A DNA stretch of 64,000 nt from NCBI GenBank assembly GCA_047495785.1, contig JBLDXI010000074.1, forward strand, positions 1,564,652 to 1,628,651. The letters are read 5' to 3'. The position numbers were made by a program, and so were the translations under genes. This DNA is from Lepidodermella squamata (lineage: Eukaryota; Animalia; Gastrotricha). Below, piece after piece: positions 37,501-52,500 of this stretch. The notes under the pieces are model-generated. The model was not told the origin of the DNA, searched no databases, and worked only from the letters and a program-made list of their open reading frames with translations. The number at the start of each line of letters is the position of its first letter. Position 1 is the first letter of the stretch.

Positions 37501-40500
37501 TTCGGGCATTTTCGCGCTTCATTCGTTAGTGGCAGCAAGCGCAAACGCGTTGGCAGGCTATTCGCGGCCATTGCAGCTGACCGGTATTCCGCTGCCAGCC
37601 AAAGAATGCTGGAATCGCTGTATTCACCCTTGTACGCATCGCCACGAATCGGCATCGTGCCCAAACCAGCCGATTCGGGCATTTTCGCGCTTCATTCGTT
37701 AGTGGCAGCAAGCGCAAACGCGTTGGCAGGCTATTCGCGGCCATTGCAGCTGACCGGTATTCCGCTGCCAGCCAAAGAATGCTGGAATCGCTGTATTCAC
37801 CCTTGTACGCATCGCCACGAATCGGCATCGTGCCCAAACCAGCCGATTCGGGCATTTTCGCGCTTCATTCGTTAGTGGCAGCAAGCGCAAACGCGTTGGC
37901 AGGCTATTCGCGGCCATTGCAGCTGACCGGTATTCCGCTGCCAGCCACAGAAGGCTGGAATCGCTGTATCCACCCTTGTACGCATCGCTACGAATCGGCA
38001 TCGTGCCCAAACCACCCGATTCGGGCATTTTCGCGCTTCGTTCGTTAGTGGCAGCAAGCGCAAACGCGTTGGCAGGCTATTCGCGGCCATTGCAGCTGAC
38101 CGGTATTCCGCTGCCAGCCACAGAAGGCTGGAATCACTGTATTCACCCTTGTACGCATCGCTACGAATCGGCATCGTGCCCAAACCAGCCGAATCAGGCA
38201 TATTCGCGCTTCATTCGGTAGCGGCAGCAAGCGCAAACGCGTTGGCAGGCTATTCGCGGCCATTGCAGCTGACCGGTATTCCGCTGCCAGCCAAAGAATG
38301 CTGGAATCGCTGTATTCACCATTGTACGCATCGCCACGAATCGGCATCGTGCCCAAACCACCCGATTCGGGCATTTTCGCGCTTCGTTCGTTAGTGGCAG
38401 CAAGCGCAAACGCGTTGGCAGGCTATTCGCGGCCATTGCAGCTGACCGGTATTCCGCTGCCAGCCAAAGAATGCTGGAATCGCTGTATTCACCCTTGTAC
38501 GCATCGCTACGAATCGGCATCGTGCCCAAACCAGCCGAATCGGGCATATTCGCGCTTCATTCGGTAGCGGCAGCAAGCGCAAACGCGTTGGCAGGCTATT
38601 CGCGGCCATTGCAGCTGACCGGTATTCCGCTGCCAGCCAAAGAAGGTTGGAATCGCTGTATTCACCCTTGTACGCATCGCCACGAATCGGCATCGTGCCC
38701 AAACCAGCCGATTCGGGCATTTTCGCGCTTCATTCGTTAGTGGCAGCAAGCGCAAACGCGTTGGCAGGCTATTCGCGGCCATTGCAGCTGACCGGTATTC
38801 CGTTGCCAGCCAAAGAATGCTGGAATCGCTGTATTCACCCTTGTACGCATCGCCACGAATCGGCATCGTGCCCAAACCAGCCGAATCAGGCATATTCGCG
38901 CTTCATTCGTTAGTGGCAGCAAGCGCAAACGCGTTGGCAGGCTATTCGCGTCCATTGCAGCTGACCGGTATTCCGCTGCCAGCCAAAGAATGCTGGAATC
39001 GCTGTATTCACCCTTGTACGCATCGCCACGAATCGGCATCGTGCCCAAACCAGCCGATTCGGGCATTTTCGCGCTTCATTCGTTAGTGGCAGCAAGCGCA
39101 AACGCGTTGGCAGGCTATTCGCGGCCATTGCAGCTGACCGGTATTCCGCTGCCAGCCAAAGAATGCTGGAATCGCTGTATTCACCCTTGTACGCATCGCC
39201 ACGAATCGGCATCGTGCCCAAACCAGCCGATTCGGGCATTTTCGCGCTTCATTCGTTAGTGGCAGCAAGCGCAAACGCGTTGGCAGGCTATTCGCGGCCA
39301 TTGCAGCTGACCGGTATTCCGCTGCCAGCCAAAGAATGCTGGAATCGCTGTATTCACCCTTGTAGGCATCGCCACGAATCGGCATCGTGCCCAAACCAGC
39401 CGATTCGGGCATTTTCGCGCTTCATTCGTTAGTGGCAGCAAGCGCAAACGCGTTGGCAGGCTATTCGCGGCCATTGCAGCTGACCGGTATTCCGCTGCCA
39501 GCCAAGGAAGGTTGGAATCGCTGTATTCACCCTTGTACGCATCGCCACGAATCGGCATCGTGCCCAAACCAGCCGATTCGGGCATTTTCGCGCTTCATTC
39601 GTTAGTGGCAGCAAGCGCAAACGCGTTGGCAGGCTATTCGCGGCCATTGCAGCTGACCGGTATTCTGCTGCCAGCCAAAGAATGCTGGAATCGCTGTATT
39701 CACCCTTGTACGCATCGCCACGAATCGGCATCGTGCCCAAACCAGCCGATTCGGGCATTTTCGCGCTTCATTCGTTAGTGGCAGCAAGCGCAAACGCGTT
39801 GGCAGGCTATTCGCGGCCATTGCAGCTGACCGGTATTCCGCTGCCAGCCAAAGAATGCTGGAATCGCTGTATTCACCCTTGTACGCATCGCCACGAATCG
39901 GCATCGTGCCCAAACCAGCCGATTCGGGCATTTTCGCGCTTCATTCGTTAGTGGCAGCAAGCGCAAACGCGTTGGCAGGCTATTCGCGGCCATTGCAGCT
40001 GACCGGTATTCCGCTGCCAGCCACAGAATGCTGGAATCGCTGTATTCACCCTTGTACGCATCGCCACGAATCGGCATCGTGCCCAAACCAGCCGATTCGT
40101 TCATTTTCGCGCTTCATTGGTTAGTGGCAGCAAGCGCAAACGCGTTGGCAGGCTATTCGCGGCCATTGCAGCTGACCGGTATTCCGCTGCCAGCCAAAGA
40201 ATGCTGGAATCGCTGTATTCACCCTTGTACGCATCGCCACGAATCGGCATCGTGCCCAAACCAGCCGAATCGGGCATATTCGCGCTTCATTCGGTAGTGG
40301 CAGCAAGCGCAAACGCGTTGGCAGGCTATTCGCGGCCATTGCAGCTGACCGGTATTCCGCTGCCAGCCAAAGAATGCTGGAATCGCTGTATTCACCCTTG
40401 TACGCATCGCCACGAATCGGCATCGTGCCCAAACCAGCCGATTCGGGCATTTTCGCGCTTCATTCGTTAGTGGCAGCAAGCGCAAACGCGTTGGCAGGCT

Positions 40501-43500
40501 ATTCGCGGCCATTGCAGCTGACCGGTATTCCGCTGCCAGCCACAGAATGCTGGAATCGCTGTATTCACCCTTGTACGCATCGCCACGAATCGGCATCGTG
40601 CCCAAACCAGCCGATTCGGGCATTTTCGCGCTTCATTGGTTAGTGGCAGCAAGCGCAAACGCGTTGGCAGGCTATTCGCGGCCATTGCAGCTGACCGGTA
40701 TTCCGCTGCCAGCCAAAGAATGCTGGAATCGCTGTATTCACCCTTGTACGCATCGCCACGAATCGGCATCGTGCCCAAACCAGCCGAATCGGGCATATTC
40801 GCGCTTCATTCGGTAGTGGCAGCAAGCGCAAACGCGTTGGCAGGCTATTCGCGGCCATTGCAGCTGACCGGTATTCCGCTGCCAGCCAAAGAATGCTGGA
40901 ATCGCTGTATTCACCCTTGTACGCATCGCCACGAATCGGCATCGTGCCCAAACCAGCCGATTCGGGCATTTTCGCGCTTCATTCGTTAGTGGCAGCAAGC
41001 GCAAACGCGTTGGCAGGCTATTCGCGGCCATTGCAGCTGACCGGTATTCCGCTGCCAGCCAAAGAATGCTGGAATCGCTGTATTCACCCTTGTACGCATC
41101 GCCACGAATCGGCATCGTGCCCAAACCAGCCGATTCGGGCATTTTCGCGCTTCATTCGTTAGTGGCAGCAAGCGCAAACGCGTTGGCAGGCTATTCGCGG
41201 CCATTGCAGCTGACCGGTATTCCGCTGCCAGCCAAAGAATGCTGGAATCGCTGTATTCACCCTTGTACGCATCGCCACGAATCGGCATCGTGCCCAAACC
41301 AGCCGAATCGGGCATATTCGCGCTTCATTCGGTAGTGGCAGCAAGCGCAAACGCGTTGGCAGGCTATTCGCGGCCATTGCAGCTGACCGGTATTCCGCTG
41401 CCAGCCAAAGAATGCTGGAATCGCTGTATTCACCCTTGTACGCATCGCCACGAATCGGCATCGTGCCCAAACCAGCCGATTCGGGCATTTTCGCGCTTCA
41501 TTCGTTAGTGGCAGCAAGCGCAAACGCGTTGGCAGGCTATTCGCGGCCATTGCAGCTGACCGGTATTCCGCTGCCAGCCACAGAATGCTGGAATCGCTGT
41601 ATTCACCCTTGTACGCATCGCCACGAATCGGCATCGTGCCCAAACCAGCCGAATCGGGCATATTCGCGCTTCATTCGGTAGTGGCAGCAAGCGCAAACGC
41701 GTTGGCAGGCTATTCGCGGCCATTGCAGCTGACCGGTATTCCGCTGCCAGCCAAAGAATGCTGGAATCGCTGTATTCACCCTTGTACGCATCGCCACGAA
41801 TCGGCATCGTGCCCAAACCAGCCGATTCGGGCATTTTCGCGCTTCATTCGTTAGTGGCAGCAAGCGCAAACGCGTTGGCAGGCTATTCGCGGCCATTGCA
41901 GCTGACCGGTATTCCGCTGCCAGCCAAAGAATGCTGGAATCGCTGTATTCACCCTTGTAGGCATCGCCACGAATCGGCATCGTGCCCAAACCAGCCGATT
42001 CGGGCATTTTCGCGCTTCATTCGTTAGTGGCAGCAAGCGCAAACGCGTTGGCAGGCTATTCGCGGCCATTGCAGCTGACCGGTATTCCGCTGCCAGCCAA
42101 GGAAGGTTGGAATCGCTGTATTCACCCTTGTACGCATCGCCACGAATCGGCATCGTGCCCAAACCAGCCGATTCGGGCATTTTCGCGCTTCATTCGTTAG
42201 TGGCAGCAAGCGCAAACGCGTTGGCAGGCTATTCGCGGCCATTGCAGCTGACCGGTATTCTGCTGCCAGCCAAAGAATGCTGGAATCGCTGTATTCACCC
42301 TTGTACGCATCGCCACGAATCGGCATCGTGCCCAAACCAGCCGATTCGGGCATTTTCGCGCTTCATTCGTTAGTGGCAGCAAGCGCAAACGCGTTGGCAG
42401 GCTATTCGCGGCCATTGCAGCTGACCGGTATTCCGCTGCCAGCCACAGAAGGCTGGAATCACTGTATTCACCCTTGTACGCATCGCTACGAATCGGCATC
42501 GTGCCCAAACCAGCCGAATCAGGCATATTCGCGCTTCATTCGGTAGCGGCAGCAAGCGCAAACGCGTTGGCAGGCTATTCGCGGCCATTGCAGCTGACCG
42601 GTATTCCGCTGCCAGCCAAAGAATGCTGGAATCGCTGTATTCACCATTGTACGCATCGCCACGAATCGGCATCGTGCCCAAACCACCCGATTCGGGCATT
42701 TTCGCGCTTCGTTCGTTAGTGGCAGCAAGCGCAAACGCGTTGGCAGGCTATTCGCGGCCATTGCAGCTGACCGGTATTCCGCTGCCAGCCAAAGAATGCT
42801 GGAATCGCTGTATTCACCCTTGTACGCATCGCTACGAATCGGCATCGTGCCCAAACCAGCCGAATCGGGCATATTCGCGCTTCATTCGGTAGCGGCAGCA
42901 AGCGCAAACGCGTTGGCAGGCTATTCGCGGCCATTGCAGCTGACCGGTATTCCGCTGCCAGCCAAAGAAGGTTGGAATCGCTGTATTCACCCTTGTACGC
43001 ATCGCCACGAATCGGCATCGTGCCCAAACCAGCCGATTCGGGCATTTTCGCGCTTCATTCGTTAGTGGCAGCAAGCGCAAACGCGTTGGCAGGCTATTCG
43101 CGGCCATTGCAGCTGACCGGTATTCCGTTGCCAGCCAAAGAATGCTGGAATCGCTGTATTCACCCTTGTACGCATCGCCACGAATCGGCATCGTGCCCAA
43201 ACCAGCCGAATCAGGCATATTCGCGCTTCATTCGTTAGTGGCAGCAAGCGCAAACGCGTTGGCAGGCTATTCGCGTCCATTGCAGCTGACCGGTATTCCG
43301 CTGCCAGCCAAAGAATGCTGGAATCGCTGTATTCACCCTTGTACGCATCGCCACGAATCGGCATCGTGCCCAAACCAGCCGATTCGGGCATTTTCGCGCT
43401 TCATTCGTTAGTGGCAGCAAGCGCAAACGCGTTGGCAGGCTATTCGCGGCCATTGCAGCTGACCGGTATTCCGCTGCCAGCCAAAGAATGCTGGAATCGC

Positions 43501-46500
43501 TGTATTCACCCTTGTACGCATCGCCACGAATCGGCATCGTGCCCAAACCAGCCGATTCGGGCATTTTCGCGCTTCATTCGTTAGTGGCAGCAAGCGCAAA
43601 CGCGTTGGCAGGCTATTCGCGGCCATTGCAGCTGACCGGTATTCCGCTGCCAGCCAAAGAATGCTGGAATCGCTGTATTCACCCTTGTAGGCATCGCCAC
43701 GAATCGGCATCGTGCCCAAACCAGCCGATTCGGGCATTTTCGCGCTTCATTCGTTAGTGGCAGCAAGCGCAAACGCGTTGGCAGGCTATTCGCGGCCATT
43801 GCAGCTGACCGGTATTCCGCTGCCAGCCACAGAATGCTGGAATCGCTGTATTCACCCTTGTACGCATCGCCACGAATCGGCATCGTGCCCAAACCAGCCG
43901 AATCGGGCATATTCGCGCTTCATTCGGTAGTGGCAGCAAGCGCAAACGCGTTGGCAGGCTATTCGCGGCCATTGCAGCTGACCGGTATTCCGCTGCCAGC
44001 CAAAGAATGCTGGAATCGCTGTATTCACCCTTGTACGCATCGCCACGAATCGGCATCGTGCCCAAACCAGCCGATTCGGGCATTTTCGCGCTTCATTCGT
44101 TAGTGGCAGCAAGCGCAAACGCGTTGGCAGGCTATTCGCGGCCATTGCAGCTGACCGGTATTCCGCTGCCAGCCAAAGAATGCTGGAATCGCTGTATTCA
44201 CCCTTGTAGGCATCGCCACGAATCGGCATCGTGCCCAAACCAGCCGATTCGGGCATTTTCGCGCTTCATTCGTTAGTGGCAGCAAGCGCAAACGCGTTGG
44301 CAGGCTATTCGCGGCCATTGCAGCTGACCGGTATTCCGCTGCCAGCCAAGGAAGGTTGGAATCGCTGTATTCACCCTTGTACGCATCGCCACGAATCGGC
44401 ATCGTGCCCAAACCAGCCGATTCGGGCATTTTCGCGCTTCATTCGTTAGTGGCAGCAAGCGCAAACGCGTTGGCAGGCTATTCGCGGCCATTGCAGCTGA
44501 CCGGTATTCTGCTGCCAGCCAAAGAATGCTGGAATCGCTGTATTCACCCTTGTACGCATCGCCACGAATCGGCATCGTGCCCAAACCAGCCGATTCGGGC
44601 ATTTTCGCGCTTCATTCGTTAGTGGCAGCAAGCGCAAACGCGTTGGCAGGCTATTCGCGGCCATTGCAGCTGACCGGTATTCCGCTGCCAGCCAAAGAAT
44701 GCTGGAATCGCTGTATTCACCCTTGTACGCATCGCCACGAATCGGCATCGTGCCCAAACCAGCCGATTCGGGCATTTTCGCGCTTCATTCGTTAGTGGCA
44801 GCAAGCGCAAACGCGTTGGCAGGCTATTCGCGGCCATTGCAGCTGACCGGTATTCCGCTGCCAGCCACAGAATGCTGGAATCGCTGTATTCACCCTTGTA
44901 CGCATCGCCACGAATCGGCATCGTGCCCAAACCAGCCGATTCGGGCATTTTCGCGCTTCATTGGTTAGTGGCAGCAAGCGCAAACGCGTTGGCAGGCTAT
45001 TCGCGGCCATTGCAGCTGACCGGTATTCCGCTGCCAGCCAAAGAATGCTGGAATCGCTGTATTCACCCTTGTACGCATCGCCACGAATCGGCATCGTGCC
45101 CAAACCAGCCGAATCGGGCATATTCGCGCTTCATTCGGTAGTGGCAGCAAGCGCAAACGCGTTGGCAGGCTATTCGCGGCCATTGCAGCTGACCGGTATT
45201 CCGCTGCCAGCCAAAGAATGCTGGAATCGCTGTATTCACCCTTGTACGCATCGCCACGAATCGGCATCGTGCCCAAACCAGCCGATTCGGGCATTTTCGC
45301 GCTTCATTCGTTAGTGGCAGCAAGCGCAAACGCGTTGGCAGGCTATTCGCGGCCATTGCAGCTGACCGGTATTCCGCTGCCAGCCAAAGAATGCTGGAAT
45401 CGCTGTATTCACCCTTGTAGGCATCGCCACGAATCGGCATCGTGCCCAAACCAGCCGATTCGGGCATTTTCGCGCTTCATTCGTTAGTGGCAGCAAGCGC
45501 AAACGCGTTGGCAGGCTATTCGCGGCCATTGCAGCTGACCGGTATTCCGCTGCCAGCCAAGGAAGGTTGGAATCGCTGTATTCACCCTTGTACGCATCGC
45601 CACGAATCGGCATCGTGCCCAAACCAGCCGATTCGGGCATTTTCGCGCTTCATTCGTTAGTGGCAGCAAGCGCAAACGCGTTGGCAGGCTATTCGCGGCC
45701 ATTGCAGCTGACCGGTATTCCGCTGCCAGCCAAAGAATGCTGGAATCGCTGTATTCACCCTTGTACGCATCGCCACGAATCGGCATCGTGCCCAAACCAG
45801 CCGATTCGGGCATTTTCGCGCTTCATTCGTTAGTGGCAGCAAGCGCAAACGCGTTGGCAGGCTATTCGCGGCCATTGCAGCTGACCGGTATTCCGCTGCC
45901 AGCCAAAGAATGCTGGAATCGCTGTATTCACCCTTGTAGGCATCGCCACGAATCGGCATCGTGCCCAAACCAGCCGATTCGGGCATTTTCGCGCTTCATT
46001 CGTTAGTGGCAGCAAGCGCAAACGCGTTGGCAGGCTATTCGCGGCCATTGCAGCTGACCGGTATTCCGCTGCCAGCCAAGGAAGGTTGGAATCGCTGTAT
46101 TCACCCTTGTACGCATCGCCACGAATCGGCATCGTGCCCAAACCAGCCGATTCGGGCATTTTCGCGCTTCATTCGTTAGTGGCAGCAAGCGCAAACGCGT
46201 TGGCAGGCTATTCGCGGCCATTGCAGCTGACCGGTATTCTGCTGCCAGCCAAAGAATGCTGGAATCGCTGTATTCACCCTTGTACGCATCGCCACGAATC
46301 GGCATCGTGCCCAAACCAGCCGATTCGGGCATTTTCGCGCTTCATTCGTTAGTGGCAGCAAGCGCAAACGCGTTGGCAGGCTATTCGCGGCCATTGCAGC
46401 TGACCGGTATTCCGCTGCCAGCCAAAGAATGCTGGAATCGCTGTATTCACCCTTGTACGCATCGCCACGAATCGGCATCGTGCCCAAACCAGCCGATTCG

Positions 46501-49500
46501 GGCATTTTCGCGCTTCATTCGTTAGTGGCAGCAAGCGCAAACGCGTTGGCAGGCTATTCGCGGCCATTGCAGCTGACCGGTATTCCGCTGCCAGCCACAG
46601 AATGCTGGAATCGCTGTATTCACCCTTGTACGCATCGCCACGAATCGGCATCGTGCCCAAACCAGCCGATTCGGGCATTTTCGCGCTTCATTGGTTAGTG
46701 GCAGCAAGCGCAAACGCGTTGGCAGGCTATTCGCGGCCATTGCAGCTGACCGGTATTCCGCTGCCAGCCAAAGAATGCTGGAATCGCTGTATTCACCCTT
46801 GTACGCATCGCCACGAATCGGCATCGTGCCCAAACCAGCCGAATCGGGCATATTCGCGCTTCATTCGGTAGTGGCAGCAAGCGCAAACGCGTTGGCAGGC
46901 TATTCGCGGCCATTGCAGCTGACCGGTATTCCGCTGCCAGCCAAAGAATGCTGGAATCGCTGTATTCACCCTTGTACGCATCGCCACGAATCGGCATCGT
47001 GCCCAAACCAGCCGATTCGGGCATTTTCGCGCTTCATTCGTTAGTGGCAGCAAGCGCAAACGCGTTGGCAGGCTATTCGCGGCCATTGCAGCTGACCGGT
47101 ATTCCGCTGCCAGCCAAAGAATGCTGGAATCGCTGTATTCACCCTTGTAGGCATCGCCACGAATCGGCATCGTGCCCAAACCAGCCGATTCGGGCATTTT
47201 CGCGCTTCATTCGTTAGTGGCAGCAAGCGCAAACGCGTTGGCAGGCTATTCGCGGCCATTGCAGCTGACCGGTATTCCGCTGCCAGCCAAGGAAGGTTGG
47301 AATCGCTGTATTCACCCTTGTACGCATCGCCACGAATCGGCATCGTGCCCAAACCAGCCGATTCGGGCATTTTCGCGCTTCATTCGTTAGTGGCAGCAAG
47401 CGCAAACGCGTTGGCAGGCTATTCGCGGCCATTGCAGCTGACCGGTATTCTGCTGCCAGCCAAAGAATGCTGGAATCGCTGTATTCACCCTTGTACGCAT
47501 CGCCACGAATCGGCATCGTGCCCAAACCAGCCGATTCGGGCATTTTCGCGCTTCATTCGTTAGTGGCAGCAAGCGCAAACGCGTTGGCAGGCTATTCGCG
47601 GCCATTGCAGCTGACCGGTATTCCGCTGCCAGCCAAAGAATGCTGGAATCGCTGTATTCACCCTTGTACGCATCGCCACGAATCGGCATCGTGCCCAAAC
47701 CAGCCGATTCGGGCATTTTCGCGCTTCATTCGTTAGTGGCAGCAAGCGCAAACGCGTTGGCAGGCTATTCGCGGCCATTGCAGCTGACCGGTATTCCGCT
47801 GCCAGCCACAGAATGCTGGAATCGCTGTATTCACCCTTGTACGCATCGCCACGAATCGGCATCGTGCCCAAACCAGCCGATTCGGGCATTTTCGCGCTTC
47901 ATTGGTTAGTGGCAGCAAGCGCAAACGCGTTGGCAGGCTATTCGCGGCCATTGCAGCTGACCGGTATTCCGCTGCCAGCCAAAGAATGCTGGAATCGCTG
48001 TATTCACCCTTGTACGCATCGCCACGAATCGGCATCGTGCCCAAACCAGCCGAATCGGGCATATTCGCGCTTCATTCGGTAGTGGCAGCAAGCGCAAACG
48101 CGTTGGCAGGCTATTCGCGGCCATTGCAGCTGACCGGTATTCCGCTGCCAGCCACAGAAGGCTGGAATCGCTGTATTCACCCTTGTACGCATCGCCACGA
48201 ATCGGCATCGTGCCCAAACCACCCGATTCGGGCATTTTCGCGCTTCATTCGTTAGTGGCAGCAAGCGCAAACGCGTTGGCAGGCTATTCGCGGCCATTGC
48301 AGCTGACCGGTATTCCGCTGCCAGCCAAAGAATGCTGGAATCGCTGTATCCACCCTTGTACGCATCGCCACGAATCGGCATCGTGCCCAAACCAGCCGAT
48401 TCGGGCATTTTCGCGCTTCATTCGTTAGTGGCAGCAAGCGCAAACGCGTTGGCAGGCTATTCGCGTCCATTGCAGCTGACCCGTATTCCGCTGCCAGCCA
48501 CAGAAGGCTGGAATCACTGTATTCACCCTTGTACGCATCGCTACGAATCGGCATCGTGCCCAAACCAGCCGAATCAGGCATATTCGCGCTTCATTCGGTA
48601 GCGGCAGCAAGCGCAAACGCGTTGGCAGGCTATTCGCGGCCATTGCAGCTGACCGGTATTCCGCTGCCAGCCAAAGAATGCTGGAATCGCTGTATTCACC
48701 CTTGTACGCATCGCCACGAATCGGCATCGTGCCCAAACCAGCCGATTCGGGCATATTCGCGCTTCATTCGGTAGCGGCAGCAAGCGCAAACGCGTTGGCA
48801 GGCTATTCGCGGCCATTGCAGCTGACCGGTATTCCGCTGCCAGCCAAAGAATGCTGGAATCGCTGTATTCACCCTTGTACGCATCGCCACGAATCGGCAT
48901 CGTGCCCAAACCAGCCGATTCGGGCATATTCGCGCTTCATTCGGTAGCGGCAGCAAGCGCAAACGCGTTGGCAGGCTATTCGCGGCCATTGCAGCTGACC
49001 GGTATTCCGCTGCCAGCCAAAGAATGCTGGAATCGCTGTATTCACCCTTGTACGCATCGCTACGAATCGGCATCGTGCCCAAACCAGCCGAATCAGGCAT
49101 ATTCGCGCTTCATTCGGTAGCGGCAGCAAGCGCAAACGCGTTGGCAGGCTATTCGCGGCCATTGCAGCTGACCGGTATTCCGCTGCCAGCCAAAGAAGGT
49201 TGGAATCGCTGTATTCACCCTTGTACGCATCGCCACGAATCGGCATCGTGCCCAAACCAGCCGATTCGGGCATTTTCGCGCTTCATTCGTTAGTGGCAGC
49301 AAGCGCATACGCGTTGGCAGGCTATTCGCGGCCATTGCAGCTGACCGGTATTCCGTTGCCAGCCAAAGAATGCTGGAGTCGCTGTATTCACCCTTGTACG
49401 CATCGCCACGAATCGGCATCGTGCCCAAACCAGCCGATTCGGGCATATTCGCGCTTCATTCGGTAGCGGCAGCAAGCGCAAACGCGTTGGCAGGCTATTC

Positions 49501-52500
49501 GCGGCCATTGCAGCTGACCGGTATTCCGCTGCCAGCCAAAGAATGCTGGAATCGCTGTATTCACCCTTGTACGCATCGCCACGAATCGGCATCGTGCCCA
49601 AACCAGCCGATTCGGGCATATTCGCGCTTCATTCGGTAGCGGCAGCAAGCGCAAACGCGTTGGCAGGCTATTCGCGGCCATTGCAGCTGACCGGTATTCC
49701 GCTGCCAGCCAAAGAATGCTGGAATCGCTGTATTCACCCTTGTACGCATCGCCACGAATCGGCATCGTGCCCAAACCAGCCGATTCGGGCATATTCGCGC
49801 TTCATTCGGTAGCGGCAGCAAGCGCAAACGCGTTGGCAGGCTATTCGCGGCCATTGCAGCTGACCGGTATTCCGCTGCCAGCCAAAGAATGCTGGAATCG
49901 CTGTATTCACCCTTGTAGGCATCGCCACGAATCGGCATCGTGCCCAAACCAGCCGATTCGGGCATTTTCGCGCTTCATTCGTTAGTGGCAGCAAGCGCAA
50001 ACGCGTTGGCAGGCTATTCGCGGCCATTGCAGCTGACCGGTATTCCGCTGCCAGCCAAAGAATGCTGGAATCGCTGTATCCACCCTTGTACGCATCGCCA
50101 CGAATCGGCATCGTGCCCAAACCAGCCGATTCGGGCATTTTCGCGCTTCATTCGTTAGTGGCAGCAAGCGCAAACGCGTTGGCAGGCTATTCGCGTCCAT
50201 TGCAGCTGACCCGTATTCCGCTGCCAGCCACAGAAGGCTGGAATCACTGTATTCACCCTTGTACGCATCGCTACGAATCGGCATCGTGCCCAAACCAGCC
50301 GAATCAGGCATATTCGCGCTTCATTCGGTAGCGGCAGCAAGCGCAAACGCGTTGGCAGGCTATTCGCGGCCATTGCAGCTGACCGGTATTCCGCTGCCAG
50401 CCAAAGAATGCTGGAATCGCTGTATTCACCCTTGTAGGCATCGCCACGAATCGGCATCGTGCCCAAACCAGCCGATTCGGGCATTTTCGCGCTTCATTCG
50501 TTAGTGGCAGCAAGCGCAAACGCGTTGGCAGGCTATTCGCGGCCATTGCAGCTGATCGGTATTCTGCTGCCAGCCAAAGAATGCTGGAATCGCTGTATTC
50601 ACCCTTGTACGCATCGCCACGAATCGGCATCGTGCCCAAACCAGCCGATTCGGGCATTTTCGCGCTTCATTCGTTAGTGGCAGCAAGCGCAAACGCGTTG
50701 GCAGGCTATTCGCGGCCATTGCAGCTGACCGGTATTCCGCTGCCAGCCAAAGAATGCTGGAATCGCTGTATTCACCCTTGTACGCATCGCCACGAATCGG
50801 CATCGTGGCCAAACCAGCCGATTCGGGCATTTTCGCGCTTCATTCGTTAGTGGCAGCAAGCGCAAACGCGTTGGCAGGCTATTCGCGTCCATTGCAGCTG
50901 ACCCGTATTCCGCTGCCAGCCACAGAAGGCTGGAATCACTGTATTCACCCTTGTACGCATCGCTACGAATCGGCATCGTGCCCAAACCAGCCGAATCGGG
51001 CATATTCGCGCTTCATTCGGTAGCGGCAGCAAGCGCAAACGCGTTGGCAGGCTATTCGCGGCCATTGCAGCTGACCGGTATTCCGCTGCCAGCCAAAGAA
51101 TTCTGGAATCGCTGTATTCACCCTTGTACGCATCGCTACGAATCGGCATCGTGCCCAAACCAGCCGAATCGGGCATATTCGCGCTTCATTCGGTAGCGGC
51201 AGCAAGCGCAAACGCGTTGGCAGGCTATTCGCGGCCATTGCAGCTGACCGGTATTCCGCTGCCAGCCAAAGAATGCTGGAATCGCTGTATTCACCCTTGT
51301 AGGCATCGCCACGAATCGGCATCGTGCCCAAACCAGCCGAATCAGGCATATTCGCGCTTCATTCGGTAGCGGCAGCAAGCGCAAACGCGTTGGCAGGCTA
51401 TTCGCGGCCATTGCAGCTGACCGGTATTCCGCTGCCAGCCAAAGAATGCTGGAATCGCTGTATTCACCCTTGTACGCTTCGCTACGAATCGGCATCGTGC
51501 CCAAACCAGCCGAATCAGGCATATTCGCGCTTCATTCGGTAGCGGCAGCAAGCGCAAACGCGTTGGCAGGCTATTCGCGGCCATTGCAGCTGACCGGTAT
51601 TCCGCTGCCAGCCAAAGAATGCTGGAATCGCTGTATTCACCCTTGTACGCATCGCCACGAATCGGCATCGTGCCCAAACCAGCCGATTCGGGCATTTTCG
51701 CGCTTCATTCGTTAGTGGCAGCAAGCGCATACGCGTTGGCAGGCTATTCGCGGCCATTGCAGCTGACCGGTATTCCGTTGCCAGCCAAAGAATGCTGGAA
51801 TCGCTGTATTCACCCTTGTACGCATCGCCACGAATCGGCATCGTGCCCAAACCAGCCGATTCGGGAATATTCGCGCTTCATTCGGTAGCGGCAGCAAGCG
51901 CAAACGCGTTGGCAGGCTATTCGCGGCCATTGCAGCTGACCGGTCTTCCGCTGCCAGCCAAAGAATGCTGGAATCGCTGTATTCACCCTTGTACGCATCG
52001 CCACGAATCGGCATCGTGCCCAAACCAGCCGATTCGGGCATTTTCGCGCTTCATTCGGTAGCGGCAGCAAGCGCAAACGCGTTGGCAGGCTATTCGCGGC
52101 CATTGCAGCTGACCGGTATTCCGCTGCCAGCCAAAGAATGCTGGAATCGCTGTATTCACCCTTGTACGCATCGCTACGAATCGGCATCGTGCCCAAACCA
52201 GCCGAATCGGGCATATTCGCGCTTCATTCGGTAGTGGCAGCAAGCGCAAACGCGTTGGCAGGCTATTCGCGGCCATTGCAGCTGACCGGTATTCCGCTGC
52301 CAGCCACAGAAGGCTGGAATCGCTGTATCCACCCTTGTACGCATCGCTACGAATCGGCATCGTGCCCAAACCACCCGATTCGGGCATTTTCGCGCTTCAT
52401 TCGTTAGTGGCAGCAAGCGCAAACGCGTTGGCAGGCTATTCGCGGCCATTGCAGCTGACCGGTATTCCGCTGTCAGCCAAAGAATGCTGGAATCGCTGTA

